Source of the DNA: Candidatus Babeliales bacterium
GTDB taxonomy: Bacteria > Babelota > Babeliae > Babelales > JANWKD01
Reading direction: 5' to 3'
Length of the DNA stretch: 64,000 nt
Assembly (NCBI GenBank): GCA_963722255.1
Contig: CAVRJO010000001.1
Location: 256,001 to 320,000 of the forward strand
The notes below the pieces were generated by a model. That model was not told the origin of the DNA. It saw only the letters and a list, made by a program, of their open reading frames with translations, and ran no database searches. Each line of letters begins with the position of its first letter. Position 1 is the stretch's first letter. Positions 44,058 through 56,668 of the stretch are shown one piece after another. A program made the translations under genes and the position numbers.

Positions 44058-44965
44058 CGAGCCTTTTCACTAATATGCTTTCGATCATCTACAAAAATAA
44101 GTGATGCAGTTTTATAAAGTTCATCAATATAGGTATCAAAGACTTCTTTAAATTTAGGTTCACGCAAATAATCAACAATTTCCCGATACCGCTCTTCCAA
44201 CGTAAGTAATCTACGTCCTTTTTTATCTTTCAAGCGATAAATTTCATAGCCATTGGAAACCCTTTGTGGTTTTGAAATTGCACCAATTTCCATAAAAGTA
44301 ATAAATTTTTTATCTTCAGCTAAATCGTTTTCATTAACCCATAACGGGACGCCCCACATTACATCAAGCTCATTATGTTCAATCTGATCCATGAGGTAAG
44401 AGCATTGTTCTTCTTGTTTAATAGGATCTCGCGAAAAGAAGGGCACAAACGCGACTTCCACTTGAAAATGAGCTTCTTCATATTTAGGATTTTTAGCATA
44501 TTCGTTTTCAACATCTTGCAATGCAATAATGATACGTGCCTTTACTTTAAGATCAATCATTGTAGCATTGGCGCCCATCTTTTGTAGTTTAAATCTGCCT
44601 TCTTCGGGAGTTAATCCTGCGCCTTCAAAAATATGTTCAACTTCTTTATCGCCAATATTATGATTCTTTTTAATAGAACGAATATAACGATCGGCGTAAT
44701 CATCAATAGGAATTCTATGCTTTAATGCATCTTGGTAAATCAACTCTTCAATAATTAAATCTTCAATAGCCGGCTTGCGCCCATCAATTCCAACACGATC
44801 CAATTCCGATTGACATATAAGATATCTTCGTTCCGGTCCATCAACTATAACCACAACTTTATCAATTGGAATAAGATTTGCCTCTTGAGTCGCATATGTT
44901 CTTGGCAACATAAAAAATAGACTCATATATAAAAATAAGCTAAATACGCTCATGATTTTTTTCAT
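44054..44965 (-). CDS. SurA-like periplasmic chaperone
   Basis: Signal peptide, IDKVVVIVDG, LIIEELIYQDA, degenerate parvulin segment GAISKP...GYEIYRL. Confidence 0.7.
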   Translation of the reverse strand: MKKIMSVFSLFLYMSLFFMLPRTYATQEANLIPIDKVVVIVDGPERRYLICQSELDRVGIDGRKPAIEDLIIEELIYQDALKHRIPIDDYADRYIRSIKKNHNIGDKEVEHIFEGAGLTPEEGRFKLQKMGANATMIDLKVKARIIIALQDVENEYAKNPKYEEAHFQVEVAFVPFFSRDPIKQEEQCSYLMDQIEHNELDVMWGVPLWVNENDLAEDKKFITFMEIGAISKPQRVSNGYEIYRLKDKKGRRLLTLEERYREIVDYLREPKFKEVFDTYIDELYKTASLIFVDDRKHISEKAR

Positions 44966-44979
44966 AATACCCTCTTATA

Positions 44980-45016
44980 ATCAAAAAGGGAATTTATTAC
45001 AAATTCCCTTTTTGAT
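44980..45016. terminator. Intrinsic terminator
   Basis: Perfect 16-bp stem ATCAAAAAGGGAATTT / AAATTCCCTTTTTGAT. Confidence 0.8.
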
Positions 45017-45042
45017 CTAATTTAGTTTGTTACTTAAAACTT

Positions 45043-46104
45043 TTAAGCTGCCTTCATAGGAGCAGGAGCAGGTTTCTTTTCTTCCTGTTCTTTTTGCATT
45101 GCTTCTGCAGCTTTTTGCGCTTTTTCTTCTTGCGCTTTTTTTTCTCGTTCAAAATACTCTTTATTGGTAACCGCTTTGTACTCTTTTTTAAGTTTATCGA
45201 TTTCCTTGGTAAGAACTTCAGCGCCTTTTTGTTGTTTTAAAAGGTTTTCAATACCCGGCTTAACTTGTTCATAAGGAACATAGCTCGGTTCTGTTTTCTT
45301 AACTGCCTTTACAACAGCAAATGAGTTACCATTAACGGTAATAAGCTCAACGGTTGGGAACTTTTTCAATTCAATCAGTTTAGAACGAATTGCGCCGTCA
45401 ACATCATAACTTTGGCTGTTAACTTCACCAAGATCTTTAACGGTGAGATTAGATTCTTTAGCAATTCCATCAAAGTTCGTTTTTGCATCTTTTACTTTAG
45501 CAAAGAAGGCTTCTGCCGCATCTTTATTGTCAAACATTACCGCTTTAGCCTCGACACCACCAGGAGCAGCCATTAATTGTGGAATTGAATTCTTATTTTC
45601 TTCGTAATATGCTTTTATTTCTGCATCCGTTACAACAATTGGATGTTTTTCTTGGAAATGTTTTACATTTAAACTGCGACGAGCATACTTCATAATTTTA
45701 TCTAAATCATCCTTGTATGCAGGACTTTCAGCAATTTTATTTTTTGCTGCCCATTCTTCAAGAACAGCCTCATTAACTAAACTTTCAAAAATTTGTTCAT
45801 TTGCACCAGGCATAAACTCAATTATAGAAGCATAATTTGGTTGAGCTTCAAGAAGTTCATTTTTATAATTTTGAAAATCCTTCGTTGTAAGTCTTGGAAC
45901 TTTTTCATCATAGAGGGTTAATAAGATTTCGCCACCCGCTACTCCTGTTCCAGTAGCCGGTTTAGCAGCACCGGTTAATGCTTCTGCAGAACGCGTGGCC
46001 GTCACCTCTTTTTTTTCTTCTTGTCCTTTAAAAAAATCGCAATTGGGTAACAGAATTAAAGCTCCCACTAAGAATGCGCTACTAAAAACAGTAACTTTAT
46101 TCAT
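45043..46104 (-). CDS. PrsA/PpiC-like foldase, probable lipoprotein
   Basis: LPNC lipobox-like motif; VTDAEIKAYYEEN; FDGIAKES; DLG; YEQVK. Confidence 0.75.
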   Translation of the reverse strand: MNKVTVFSSAFLVGALILLPNCDFFKGQEEKKEVTATRSAEALTGAAKPATGTGVAGGEILLTLYDEKVPRLTTKDFQNYKNELLEAQPNYASIIEFMPGANEQIFESLVNEAVLEEWAAKNKIAESPAYKDDLDKIMKYARRSLNVKHFQEKHPIVVTDAEIKAYYEENKNSIPQLMAAPGGVEAKAVMFDNKDAAEAFFAKVKDAKTNFDGIAKESNLTVKDLGEVNSQSYDVDGAIRSKLIELKKFPTVELITVNGNSFAVVKAVKKTEPSYVPYEQVKPGIENLLKQQKGAEVLTKEIDKLKKEYKAVTNKEYFEREKKAQEEKAQKAAEAMQKEQEEKKPAPAPMKAA

Positions 46105-46196
46105 CTGTTTTTCCTTTTCTTTAATATTTTTTGTTTATTTTTTCCTTACTGCAGTCAAGATACCATATATTACTGAGAGTTGCAAAAGTGATCCAT

Positions 46197-46865
46197 CTAA
46201 CATGTTCGCGAAGCAACAACTGCATCAATTGAGGCGGGTTTCAACTGCTGTAATAGCCGTGCAGCTTTTTTAAGCGTTGAACCCGTAGTCATCAAATCAT
46301 CAACTAAAAGAAAACGTTTACCGGCATAAACTAAACCATTATTTGCTACGCATAAACTAAATGCATGGGCTACGTTGTCCTCACGTTCATCAACGGGTAA
46401 TGAAGATTGAAACACAGTTCTCCGATTTCTTTTTAAAAGGCAGGCGACAGGCTTACCACTCTTTCTTGCAAGAATATACGCTATTTCTTCTGCTTGATTA
46501 TATCCTCGATAAGCATACCGCGTCCAATGCAAAGGGATAGGAACAATATAATCAAATTCTAGAGTAGCCAACGGCGTCATTGACCAGATTAATTCACCTA
46601 ACTGCTTGCTTGCTAATCGTTGCGATTGAATTTTTGCTAAAATTAAAGATTTTATGGGTTCTTGATACCCCGAAATAGCAAAAACTCTCATCGAAGTTTT
46701 TGGTGTAATAATCAAGCTTATTGAAACGATTGGCTGAATGGTAGCTAAACAAACAGTACACAATATTGTAGATTCTTGAAGCAGTTTTTTGCACTGAACA
46801 CAAAATGGTGGACACACAAGCCATATACAGAAATTTAAAAATTTTTTAATAATTTTAGAAAACAT
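46197..46865 (-). CDS. comF: ComF family amidophosphoribosyltransferase-like competence protein
   Basis: CxxC...CxxC, PIPLH...RGYNQA, LVDDLMTTGST. Confidence 0.88.
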   Translation of the reverse strand: MFSKIIKKFLNFCIWLVCPPFCVQCKKLLQESTILCTVCLATIQPIVSISLIITPKTSMRVFAISGYQEPIKSLILAKIQSQRLASKQLGELIWSMTPLATLEFDYIVPIPLHWTRYAYRGYNQAEEIAYILARKSGKPVACLLKRNRRTVFQSSLPVDEREDNVAHAFSLCVANNGLVYAGKRFLLVDDLMTTGSTLKKAARLLQQLKPASIDAVVASRTC

Positions 46866-47304
46866 AATAAAGCAGCAAACGAAGAAGAATATTACTGAGT
46901 AAACCAGCCACAACATCATCAAGTAGAATACCAGAAGCACCCGGCAATTTTTCCATCCATCCTACTACGCCAAATTTACTAATATCAAAAAATCGAAAGA
47001 GTATACAACCACCTAGTAAGGATATCGGGCAAAGAGGCACAGCACAAAACGTAACAAGAGAACCTAGAACCTCATCGATAACGATTTCAGATGGATCTTC
47101 ATCATGATAGCTGATCAGAATCTTTTGAATACAAATATGTGCAATCACATAGCATAAACCCATGAGTGCTATATAGATATAGTTGGATGATTTTGGTAAC
47201 AAGCTTAACATACCTACTGTAGCAATCGTGGCTACAGTTCCCGATGCTGGAAAATAACCAAGTGGCCCCACTGTAGCATACCAGGAATACAGCTTAGCGT
47301 TCAT
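46855..47304 (-). CDS. pgpA: Phosphatidylglycerophosphatase A
   Basis: PASGT, DPSEIVIDE, FRFFDI, GILLDDVVAG. Confidence 0.92.
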   Translation of the reverse strand: MNAKLYSWYATVGPLGYFPASGTVATIATVGMLSLLPKSSNYIYIALMGLCYVIAHICIQKILISYHDEDPSEIVIDEVLGSLVTFCAVPLCPISLLGGCILFRFFDISKFGVVGWMEKLPGASGILLDDVVAGLLSNILLRLLLYYVF

Positions 47305-47776
47305 CAGAAAAAAGCCCTGTCAACATCATACCAAGAATACCGGTAACAATAACGAGATCCGCTATATTAAAAACAGGCCACGAAAATGATTTATAAGAAA
47401 GTAAAATAAAATCAACAACGCCACCATAGAGTAATCGATCTAAAAGATTTGAAAAAGCACCTGCGCATACCATGAGTTCACACATCACACCAAAATTGTT
47501 ATGATACCGGACAAATGAATATAAACAAAACGCCATAATACACACTGCTATAAGACCCGTCAAAATGCTAAAAACAAGTGTACTTTCTGAGTGAAACATT
47601 GACCAGGATATACCTCGATTATACTGCAAGGTAAACATGATATAATCATTCACAACATAAGGCTCTTGTAGAGAGCGCATGATATATTTGGTAATTCTAT
47701 CAACACTAAAGATGGAAAGAACTAAGGCGCTATACCAAAAAAGAATACGATTCGATCGAGAATGTGTAATGTTCAT
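47294..47776 (-). CDS. lspA: Lipoprotein signal peptidase II
   Basis: DRITK, NRGISWS, GAFSNLLDR, VVDFI, FNIAD. Confidence 0.94.
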   Translation of the reverse strand: MNITHSRSNRILFWYSALVLSIFSVDRITKYIMRSLQEPYVVNDYIMFTLQYNRGISWSMFHSESTLVFSILTGLIAVCIMAFCLYSFVRYHNNFGVMCELMVCAGAFSNLLDRLLYGGVVDFILLSYKSFSWPVFNIADLVIVTGILGMMLTGLFSDER

Positions 47777-50109
47777 CTGATTTCAACTCCCAGCAGTTCT
47801 AATGCATGCACCACATAGCCATATAACGTCTCTATATCTTCAGAGCTCAATGTTTTGTGAGGATCACGTGCAAAAAAACGTATTGTAATAGACCGTTTAT
47901 CAACCCACTCCTCTTTTTGAAAGAAGTCTAGAAGCTCCACATTAAAAATTGAGGAACTTGCTTGTTTTATCCTATCAATAAGTGCCTGAACCGTAATTGA
48001 TAACGGTACAAACATACTAATATCGCGCCAAGTATCCTGATATTTAGCAAGCGGTGTAAAGATACATTCTTTAGGCGTTAACCCAAGAAGGACATCTCCA
48101 TTAAACTCAAAAATAAACGCATCTCCTGGTAAAAATGGCGCAATAAATCCAGGATTGACAGAACCGGCAACGCCAATAACTTTTTCTTTATATACTAAAA
48201 ATGCTGTTTTATAAGGATGGTACCAAGGAGCATAATCCTCCGTTGCTTTTATCCATTCAATCTCAAGATTGAGTACCTTGAAAAGACGAACCAGAAGATC
48301 TTTTTTTTCATAAAAATCTACCGAATGTTTTTCATCAAAAAATATTCCTGCACAACTTGCAACCTCTACTTCTTGGCCATACACTTTTGTTAGAAAATCA
48401 TCTTGAGGCCAAATCTTGTTCCATTCAAAAAAGTTACACTGATTTTCATATGCTTTATTTACATGAACAACTTTAAATAAGTTAGGAACCAAACTGGTTA
48501 CCAAGCGAACCATTTGCTCAGAAATTGGATTTTTAAGTGATAACCCTTTTTTGGGTTGCCAATTAATCATTCTTAGAAATTCTTCATCATATAAAGCATA
48601 ATTACGCACTTCATGAGCTTGGGCGGTGTAGGCTAAAAACTTTTTAATAGTATCTATTTTCTCAAGAACTTCCGAATTTGTTGGCCTCAATGGTAAACAG
48701 GGCAGCTGATGAGGAATGTTGTCATACCCAAAAAATCTACCAACTTCTTCAATAATATCTTCAGCAAGAGTAACATCCTTTGCCCTAAAAGAGGGAACCG
48801 TAATGGTATATGCTTCTTTTTTTGCATCGTACTGTACACCAAAGCCGAGCGCATTGAGTATTCTTACTACAAATTCGTATTCAATGAAAGTGCCTAACTT
48901 TTTTTCAATCATTTCGTGTGTAAGCGTTATATGAACTATTTTTCGATCATAGCCGCTAGATACTATAGGTCCCTGAGCGGTATACGGAATGGAGTTTTTA
49001 TCCAGAATATGTAAAAACCTCTGCAATGCAGGTATTATTTGAAGCGGATCTAATGTTTTTTCAAACCGAGTTGATGATTCCGTACGCAACTTATACTGCG
49101 CTGCAGTCGTTCGTAATGATGCTGCATTATAATGAGCCGCTTCAATAATTAATGAACTTGTATTTTGGTTCACCGCACTTCCTGCGCCGCCCATTATTCC
49201 CGCTAGTGATAATGGTTTTAAGCCATTGGTTATTACCAAAGCATGTGAAGTAAGTTCAATAGTCTGTCCATCAAGGAGCATAAGCTCCTGGCCACTATGA
49301 GCATGTGCGACAACGAGCTTTTTATCATCAAAAAAAGCACCATCAAATGCATGCATAGGCTGGCCAAGGTCAAACATAACATAGTTTGTTGCATCAACAA
49401 GCGCATTAATCGGTTTACTATCTACACGCACTAAACGGTGCGCTAACGATAAAATCGAAGGACGAAACTCTATTTTTGGTATATATAATGCCGATAGATG
49501 GCTACATTCCTTTGCTTCTAACGCTATGCTCAAGGGTACGGTTTTGTTGTTCTTCTCTGCATCAACAGTATAAATAGGATAATCGGTCAGAAAATGTTTC
49601 TCATCAATTAATGCACATCCCAACAAGGCTGCAATTTCGCGGGCAAATCCTCGATGTGACCATAAGTCTGGACGATGCGTAATTGAAGTATTTCCTATAG
49701 CAATAACATAATCATCTTTTTCAAATAGTTCTTTCCATCCGCCGGCTAATTCAGTTTCAGTAACATATAAAGCAGGTAATGCTCCCTCTTTTGCACCACC
49801 AAAATCACTAGGGATCGCTAAACGCCATCCCTTTGTTTCTTGTTTAAGGAGATAAAAACTGCTGTTTAGCAGTTGATTCGAGCTATGCAGAACTATCTCT
49901 TGCTTAAGCTCTTTGCTGTATGCAGTATACTGTTCCGCTGTTTGTGCCGTTATTTGTACTAAGGTCAAGTGCGAAAGATCGGTTGAATAGTACTCATACC
50001 CTTCAACTTCAGCGGTTGTTGCATGCAACTTTTGTATCAAATGCGGTATATCATGTTCGCGCCAGGAGGAGGCTATGTGGTCAAAAATCCAGGACAAAGA
50101 GAGCTTCAT
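47773..50109 (-). CDS. pheT: Phenylalanine--tRNA ligase beta subunit
   Basis: MKLSLSWI, RPDLWSHRG, DATNYVM...GQPMHAFD, SSTRFEK, EEVGRFFGY, RDIS. Confidence 0.93.
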   Translation of the reverse strand: MKLSLSWIFDHIASSWREHDIPHLIQKLHATTAEVEGYEYYSTDLSHLTLVQITAQTAEQYTAYSKELKQEIVLHSSNQLLNSSFYLLKQETKGWRLAIPSDFGGAKEGALPALYVTETELAGGWKELFEKDDYVIAIGNTSITHRPDLWSHRGFAREIAALLGCALIDEKHFLTDYPIYTVDAEKNNKTVPLSIALEAKECSHLSALYIPKIEFRPSILSLAHRLVRVDSKPINALVDATNYVMFDLGQPMHAFDGAFFDDKKLVVAHAHSGQELMLLDGQTIELTSHALVITNGLKPLSLAGIMGGAGSAVNQNTSSLIIEAAHYNAASLRTTAAQYKLRTESSTRFEKTLDPLQIIPALQRFLHILDKNSIPYTAQGPIVSSGYDRKIVHITLTHEMIEKKLGTFIEYEFVVRILNALGFGVQYDAKKEAYTITVPSFRAKDVTLAEDIIEEVGRFFGYDNIPHQLPCLPLRPTNSEVLEKIDTIKKFLAYTAQAHEVRNYALYDEEFLRMINWQPKKGLSLKNPISEQMVRLVTSLVPNLFKVVHVNKAYENQCNFFEWNKIWPQDDFLTKVYGQEVEVASCAGIFFDEKHSVDFYEKKDLLVRLFKVLNLEIEWIKATEDYAPWYHPYKTAFLVYKEKVIGVAGSVNPGFIAPFLPGDAFIFEFNGDVLLGLTPKECIFTPLAKYQDTWRDISMFVPLSITVQALIDRIKQASSSIFNVELLDFFQKEEWVDKRSITIRFFARDPHKTLSSEDIETLYGYVVHALELLGVEIR

Positions 50110-50213
50110 AGGTTTATTTACTTTCAAGGAGAATAGAACGTTGTAAACTTCTTAGATAGTTCTATTCTACGCTAAAAAGTAAGAAGCTTCAATTGCGGCG
50201 TTTAAGCCAGATA

Positions 50214-50239
50214 GGGTTGCACAATTTCTTGTACAACCC
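50214..50239. terminator. Hairpin downstream of the 50267..52768 gene
   Basis: GGGTTG...CAACCC stem. Confidence 0.5.
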
Positions 50240-50266
50240 ATGCTAATGCAATGTTAAACATCAAGA

Positions 50267-52768
50267 TTATTTACTCGTTGGCAAACCTGGAACAGTATCT
50301 TTGCCAAGGACTGCATTATATGCTTGATCAATAAAAAAGGGTCGTGTTGCTCGAGCCTCACTAAAATCATCCTTCCTCTTTTTCAAAAAAGCTTCTTGTG
50401 CTTTTTTCCCTTCATTTCTTAATTCAGGCAATGGAATATCAGGATTTTTGCTAAGCGCACTTCCTGTAGCCCAACTCCCCCAGGTCCCCCAATCAACACG
50501 ACTTCGTGTTCCTTTCGCACTATAGACTGCATTGAGAGAATACCAGTGGTTAAGACCCGGCAAAACTACAAGATCTTTCATTTTCATTTCATCAGGTGGG
50601 ATAGTATAAACTGGAACCGTTAAATCATTGAGAAATCTCTCTTGTTGCATATCAAGTCGTTCCATTATAGTTGAAAGAGAATTATAATAATCTAACAACA
50701 GCTTTAAAGACTCATCGCCCATAAATTCTTGATTATTATTAGTAATTTTTGCGACAATTTGCGATGAAAGCTTATCAGTCAATGCTATAAACATATCTCT
50801 AAACGAATCAATAAACTCTAATGCTTTATAATATTCACTAGGTTCAGGATCCCATTTTTCCAAGAAATTCTTTTTTGATGAGAACCTATCATTCATCACT
50901 TCTTTGACAGAATCCATTGCATTATTTAGTTCATCCTTACTTTTTATTGCATCAAAATTTTTAACAATTTCTTTAAGTTGATCTCGCTGCTTCATTAACC
51001 ATTTTACATCATTATCCATGTTAGTATAAACCTTAGGAGTATCAATCAAATCAAAGAGATTATTGCCCTTCATATTATATCCATTAATCATTTGATATTT
51101 AACCCTAAGATCATCTGGTAGGCCCGCACCAGTGCGAACGGCCTCTCTATTAGGTGACTTTTCAACTTCAGTTTGGATTGCCTTTGCCCCTCTTGCTGAA
51201 CCTTGTTTTTTAAAGACTTGATCAGCCTTGATAAGGCTTTCTCTAAAATTTGGGATTCTATTTAAATAATCAATTGTTGCAAATGTTTTTTTAAACAAAA
51301 GATTCCTTTTCTTCTTCATTGCAATACTTTTTTGCAATAATGCCACTTTAGTCGCCTCATCTAACTGCGAAAATTGAGGGGAAGTCAAAACATCTTGATA
51401 TGCTTTATCTAATCTTGTAACCAGATCTTTTAATTTTAATACGAATTTAATCTTGGTGAATTGATCAAATCGTATTTCTCCTGCTTCATCTTTGGTAAGT
51501 TGCTCAAGATCAATGCCATCAAGCATCTCAACTGTTTTAATTAAATTTTTATATGCTTCAGTTTTAATTGCTTTAGCATAATCTTTTTGTAATCTACCAG
51601 GTTTACCATTTCTTCCAAGCATATCATCAAAATCTAACGTTGAGCTTGCATCAAGATATTCTCGAATAACCTCTTTCTGTTTTTTATGAACTTCTGCACG
51701 ATCAGCTTCACTTGTTGCAGGCCAAGGCTCTGCTGCGCCTTCAGATTTTTTTCCTGTTGATTCTATAATCAATTTTTTAGCTTCTTCTATTAAACCTTTT
51801 GTTTCTGCATCCAATTTTAAACCTTCGACACCATTGAGTTGATCCACATCTGTTAGTTCATCCAAATCTGTTATAGTCGTTGCCAATAAATCAACCGCTT
51901 CTTTTCTCTGATATTTTAGTTTATCGGTTTCTTTTTCCATTAACACGCCTTAAAGCTCCTGTACTCGTATCTTTTTTAAGTTCATCAAGTTGAGCATCTA
52001 TACTCTTTAAATTTCTTAAATACAAATCAATATTTTGTTTATTATCATTTGTTTTTCCAGCAAAATCATTCAACAGACTAATTTCATACGCATTCTTCGC
52101 TTGTTTTCTTAGATCACCAAGACGTCCATAAATTGTACCAAGTTTTTCACGTAAATTTATCAATTTATTAGGATCATTTAAGATCGATTCACCAACATTA
52201 ACCGAAACTTCTAAAACAAATTTTTGTAAACGATCATACCAACGTTTAGGTAATGAAATCTTTGTATTTACCGCTTCCAAAACTTTCTTTGTATTTTTTT
52301 CTTGCACCTCAATAGGTACAACAGGAGCAACAGGCGTTTCAACAGGATTAAGTGTTCCGGCAATTTTTTGATTCAAAGCATCAACTATCTGCTTGGTTAA
52401 TTTTTCTTGTGCATTTATCTGTTTTTCAAGCTCTGCTTTTTGGTTTTCAAAATCAGCCGGTTTTTGTGGTTCTCGTATAAGATTTTCTAATCTAACATCC
52501 AAATTGTATGCTTCAACCACAGATCGATCAGCATTTATCTTCATTTCTTCTTCATCTGCGGCTTCTTTAGTTATTTCATTTTTTTTTATTTTTCTTCCAG
52601 CTCATTCTTACGCTTATCTATATCTTTTTGCACTTTTTCGGCTTTTTCTTTTCGTAATGCCTCAGAAGTACCTTCAATCGTTGCAAGGGTCCACTTACCC
52701 ATTTCGCCTGAATAAATCTGTGGCATAAAAAGCAATAATAGAAATATATATCGCATCATATTTTGCAT
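50267..52768 (-). CDS. Large secreted charged/coiled-coil protein split by two frameshifts (near 52585 and 51940)
   Basis: Three consecutive same-strand ORFs of matching composition; only the first has a signal peptide. Confidence 0.7.
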
Positions 52769-52886
52769 TACATCACCCTTTTTTTAATAGTAGTTATTCA
52801 TACCCTAGTTTTTTAGGGTTAAGCCTACTAATAACCATCGATCATTTGCAATAAAAATAAAGATACATGAATAGTGGGATAAATAA

Positions 52887-53965
<1,079 letters not shown>

Positions 53966-54080
53966 ATTATTATCATTATTTTGCAAAAAAGAAATTTTCA
54001 TCCATATCTTTGATTTCTTGCATTAATTTTTGGTAACGTAATAAAAATTACTAGTGACAATTCAAGAAAGAGAGTGATGC

Positions 54081-54647
54081 ATGATGGCTATTTCAATAAA
54101 ACAATCATCTTTACAAATAATGGTAAGTATACTTTTATGTATGCTTTTTATGATCTCGTGCATAACATTCTGGTATCAATCAACCATAGTAACTGATCAA
54201 CATATTGTTAATGATATTGCCATTCTTGGATCAATTTTTAAGAAGATTAACGAAGCATGCGAAATTGTTGATTTTAAGTTTCAGCAAAACAATGCTATCG
54301 ACTATTTGCAAGTCATTGCCTTTGAAGGATCTGAACTTGGAAGCATGGCGCTTAAACATCCAAAAAAATGGAAAGGGCCTTATCTGCGTGATAACCTTAC
54401 TGCCCAAGGAAAGTTTTATCAAATTGTTAAAACAAATGATGGCTATTTTATTGTACCTGGCGATGGCGTTATTTTGCACAATGGCAAAACAGTTGGCAAA
54501 GATATTAAATTTGATCTAAATGCAAACATCCCTGCACTGATAAAAGACCCAGAAATGCTTCAGTTTCAAGGTAAGCCATTGGCTGCAAAACTGGAAATCG
54601 GCTTGCAAAAGCCTACCATACCGGTTGACGAAGTTATAGAAGAATAG
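54081..54647 (+). CDS. Membrane-anchored pseudopilin-like protein (GspG-like motif)
   Basis: N-terminal TM, long helix, PKKWKGPYL; no canonical prepilin cleavage site. Confidence 0.5.
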   Translation: MMAISIKQSSLQIMVSILLCMLFMISCITFWYQSTIVTDQHIVNDIAILGSIFKKINEACEIVDFKFQQNNAIDYLQVIAFEGSELGSMALKHPKKWKGPYLRDNLTAQGKFYQIVKTNDGYFIVPGDGVILHNGKTVGKDIKFDLNANIPALIKDPEMLQFQGKPLAAKLEIGLQKPTIPVDEVIEE

Positions 54648-54716
54648 TTTATGATTTTTCAAAATATGCAAATAAAAAATAATAAAATTTTATATCTCTT
54701 GATTTAAAGGAATAGT

Positions 54717-56636
54717 ATGAAGATTATTACAATATTCTACTTATTTATTGCATGTATAAACAATATGACTATTTATAGCTCAGAAGCCATTAAGGCAATT
54801 GATTGGAGCAAAGAAAGACCCGAAGTTCCTAAGGGCACTGATTCACAAAAAGAACGCCAAGAAAAAGCTTTAATAGCAAAACGAGATGAACTTAAAAGAA
54901 ATATCGAAGAAGAAAAGACAGGAAGCCTGCCAGATGATCCAAAAATAAAACTTCAGCAAGATATTCTCGATTATTATGAGGCAACATTGGAACAGTTTAA
55001 TGCTGAAAAACGATTGGAAGAAAATCCACAAGATAAAGAAGCGCAAGAATCAAAAGCAATTAAAGAAAAAGAACGAAATGATTTAAATACTAAAATTACT
55101 CAACAAATTGCATCAACATTTAGCCCAGCATCCAATAATGGCCAAGGAGAAAAACAGCCTGCAGGAGCACAAAGAATTATTGAAAAAATAAAATCGGCGA
55201 TTAAGAATCTCATTTCAAAAATAGTTGATATAAAGTTTTCCAATAAAGCTACGATTGAAAAAGTAGCTACCTCACTTAAAAAATCCATAGCTGATCCAAA
55301 AATTGCGAATCTACCTGCTGACTTTCAAACAAAACCTATGATGGAAAAAATAGAACTCTCATTACAGGCATATGACAATCCCGAAAATAGTAACATTCAA
55401 AGTTTCTATAAACAACAAATAGAAGAATATGTTAACGCATTACAAAATTCTGATATTGAATTTTCAGTACAAAATAAAGATCCCTATGCCATAGCAAAAC
55501 ATCATAGTGAGATTATTAAAAAATTATATGATATCGGCATTAATCAAGACCAGTTAGATAAATTGACACTTGTTAAAGACAATGCCATTAACACAATAAA
55601 AGAAACTTTTAAAACCCCTAATGCGCAAGAAAATGTAAAAAAGTTCTTTACCGAAACTAAAGCTGATAGTTTTAATCGCAGTTCTTTTGAATCAAAATTT
55701 GATCAACTAGTTCCAAGAAAATTTCTTGGTGAGGAATTAAACACCTTTAAAAAAAATTTCGATGAACTAAAAACCGAGTTATCTCAATTAGAGAATTATG
55801 CTCACTACAGCTTAGATATAGTTAACACAGAATATAGATCTCCATTACTCGAATTTTTACAAAAAAAATACTCTGAGTTAGCAACCATAATGCAGCGAGT
55901 CTTAAACTATAATCGGAAAACAGAGGGTATTGACCAACTAGTAACGGATGCAATGATACAAGATTTACAAGCAAAAGCTAAACAAGCGGAAACATGGCTT
56001 ATTGAAAATGCTGCATCAGCAGAAAAAAGAAAACCCTCAACAGAAGCTATTAAAAAAATCGAAAACGAAAATATAAATGCAAAACCTCTAGACTCGCAAG
56101 CACTAATAATTGCCAACACAAAAGCTCCTCATTACATCGATGAGTTTAAAGCACAACTTTCAAAAACTAATGATCCTCTTGAAATAACATTGCAAGAAAA
56201 ATTTACAAAAATCTCTGAAATTCTTGCTGATTTTATTACTTTTTCAAAAGATGCAGATCCTTCAAAAGCGGGTGTTGACACCGCACAATTGATTCTTGAA
56301 AACATACAAAATCTAAAGAACTGGATCGATCTTTACGCAACCACCTTTAACTTATCTGAAGAACAACTCAAGAAACTTGCATCATATTATTCTTCTTTAA
56401 ACGAACTTTTTGCAAAGATATCTCAACAAAGAAATAATGATATACAAAATATTTTTAGGCGTTTAGATGATGGATCTCTTATATTAGTTGATAAAAGCCG
56501 CCGCAAAGTAAGCGGAGAAGTTTATGTTCCCATTATATTTAGCATTGAAAAAATCCAATCACTCGATGAGATCATCACACAATTTAAAGCTGAACGTAAG
56601 GCAATGACTACAATCAAAGAATCCGGTGGCCTATAA
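54717..56636 (+). CDS. Large secreted helical protein, paralog of 56881..58830
   Basis: Signal peptide; shared blocks AYxxPEN, LxNxDIE, ADPSK, RLxDG. Confidence 0.8.
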   Translation: MKIITIFYLFIACINNMTIYSSEAIKAIDWSKERPEVPKGTDSQKERQEKALIAKRDELKRNIEEEKTGSLPDDPKIKLQQDILDYYEATLEQFNAEKRLEENPQDKEAQESKAIKEKERNDLNTKITQQIASTFSPASNNGQGEKQPAGAQRIIEKIKSAIKNLISKIVDIKFSNKATIEKVATSLKKSIADPKIANLPADFQTKPMMEKIELSLQAYDNPENSNIQSFYKQQIEEYVNALQNSDIEFSVQNKDPYAIAKHHSEIIKKLYDIGINQDQLDKLTLVKDNAINTIKETFKTPNAQENVKKFFTETKADSFNRSSFESKFDQLVPRKFLGEELNTFKKNFDELKTELSQLENYAHYSLDIVNTEYRSPLLEFLQKKYSELATIMQRVLNYNRKTEGIDQLVTDAMIQDLQAKAKQAETWLIENAASAEKRKPSTEAIKKIENENINAKPLDSQALIIANTKAPHYIDEFKAQLSKTNDPLEITLQEKFTKISEILADFITFSKDADPSKAGVDTAQLILENIQNLKNWIDLYATTFNLSEEQLKKLASYYSSLNELFAKISQQRNNDIQNIFRRLDDGSLILVDKSRRKVSGEVYVPIIFSIEKIQSLDEIITQFKAERKAMTTIKESGGL

Positions 56637-56668
56637 AAGCTTATTCTGGTCAATTTTATAAGAGATTG

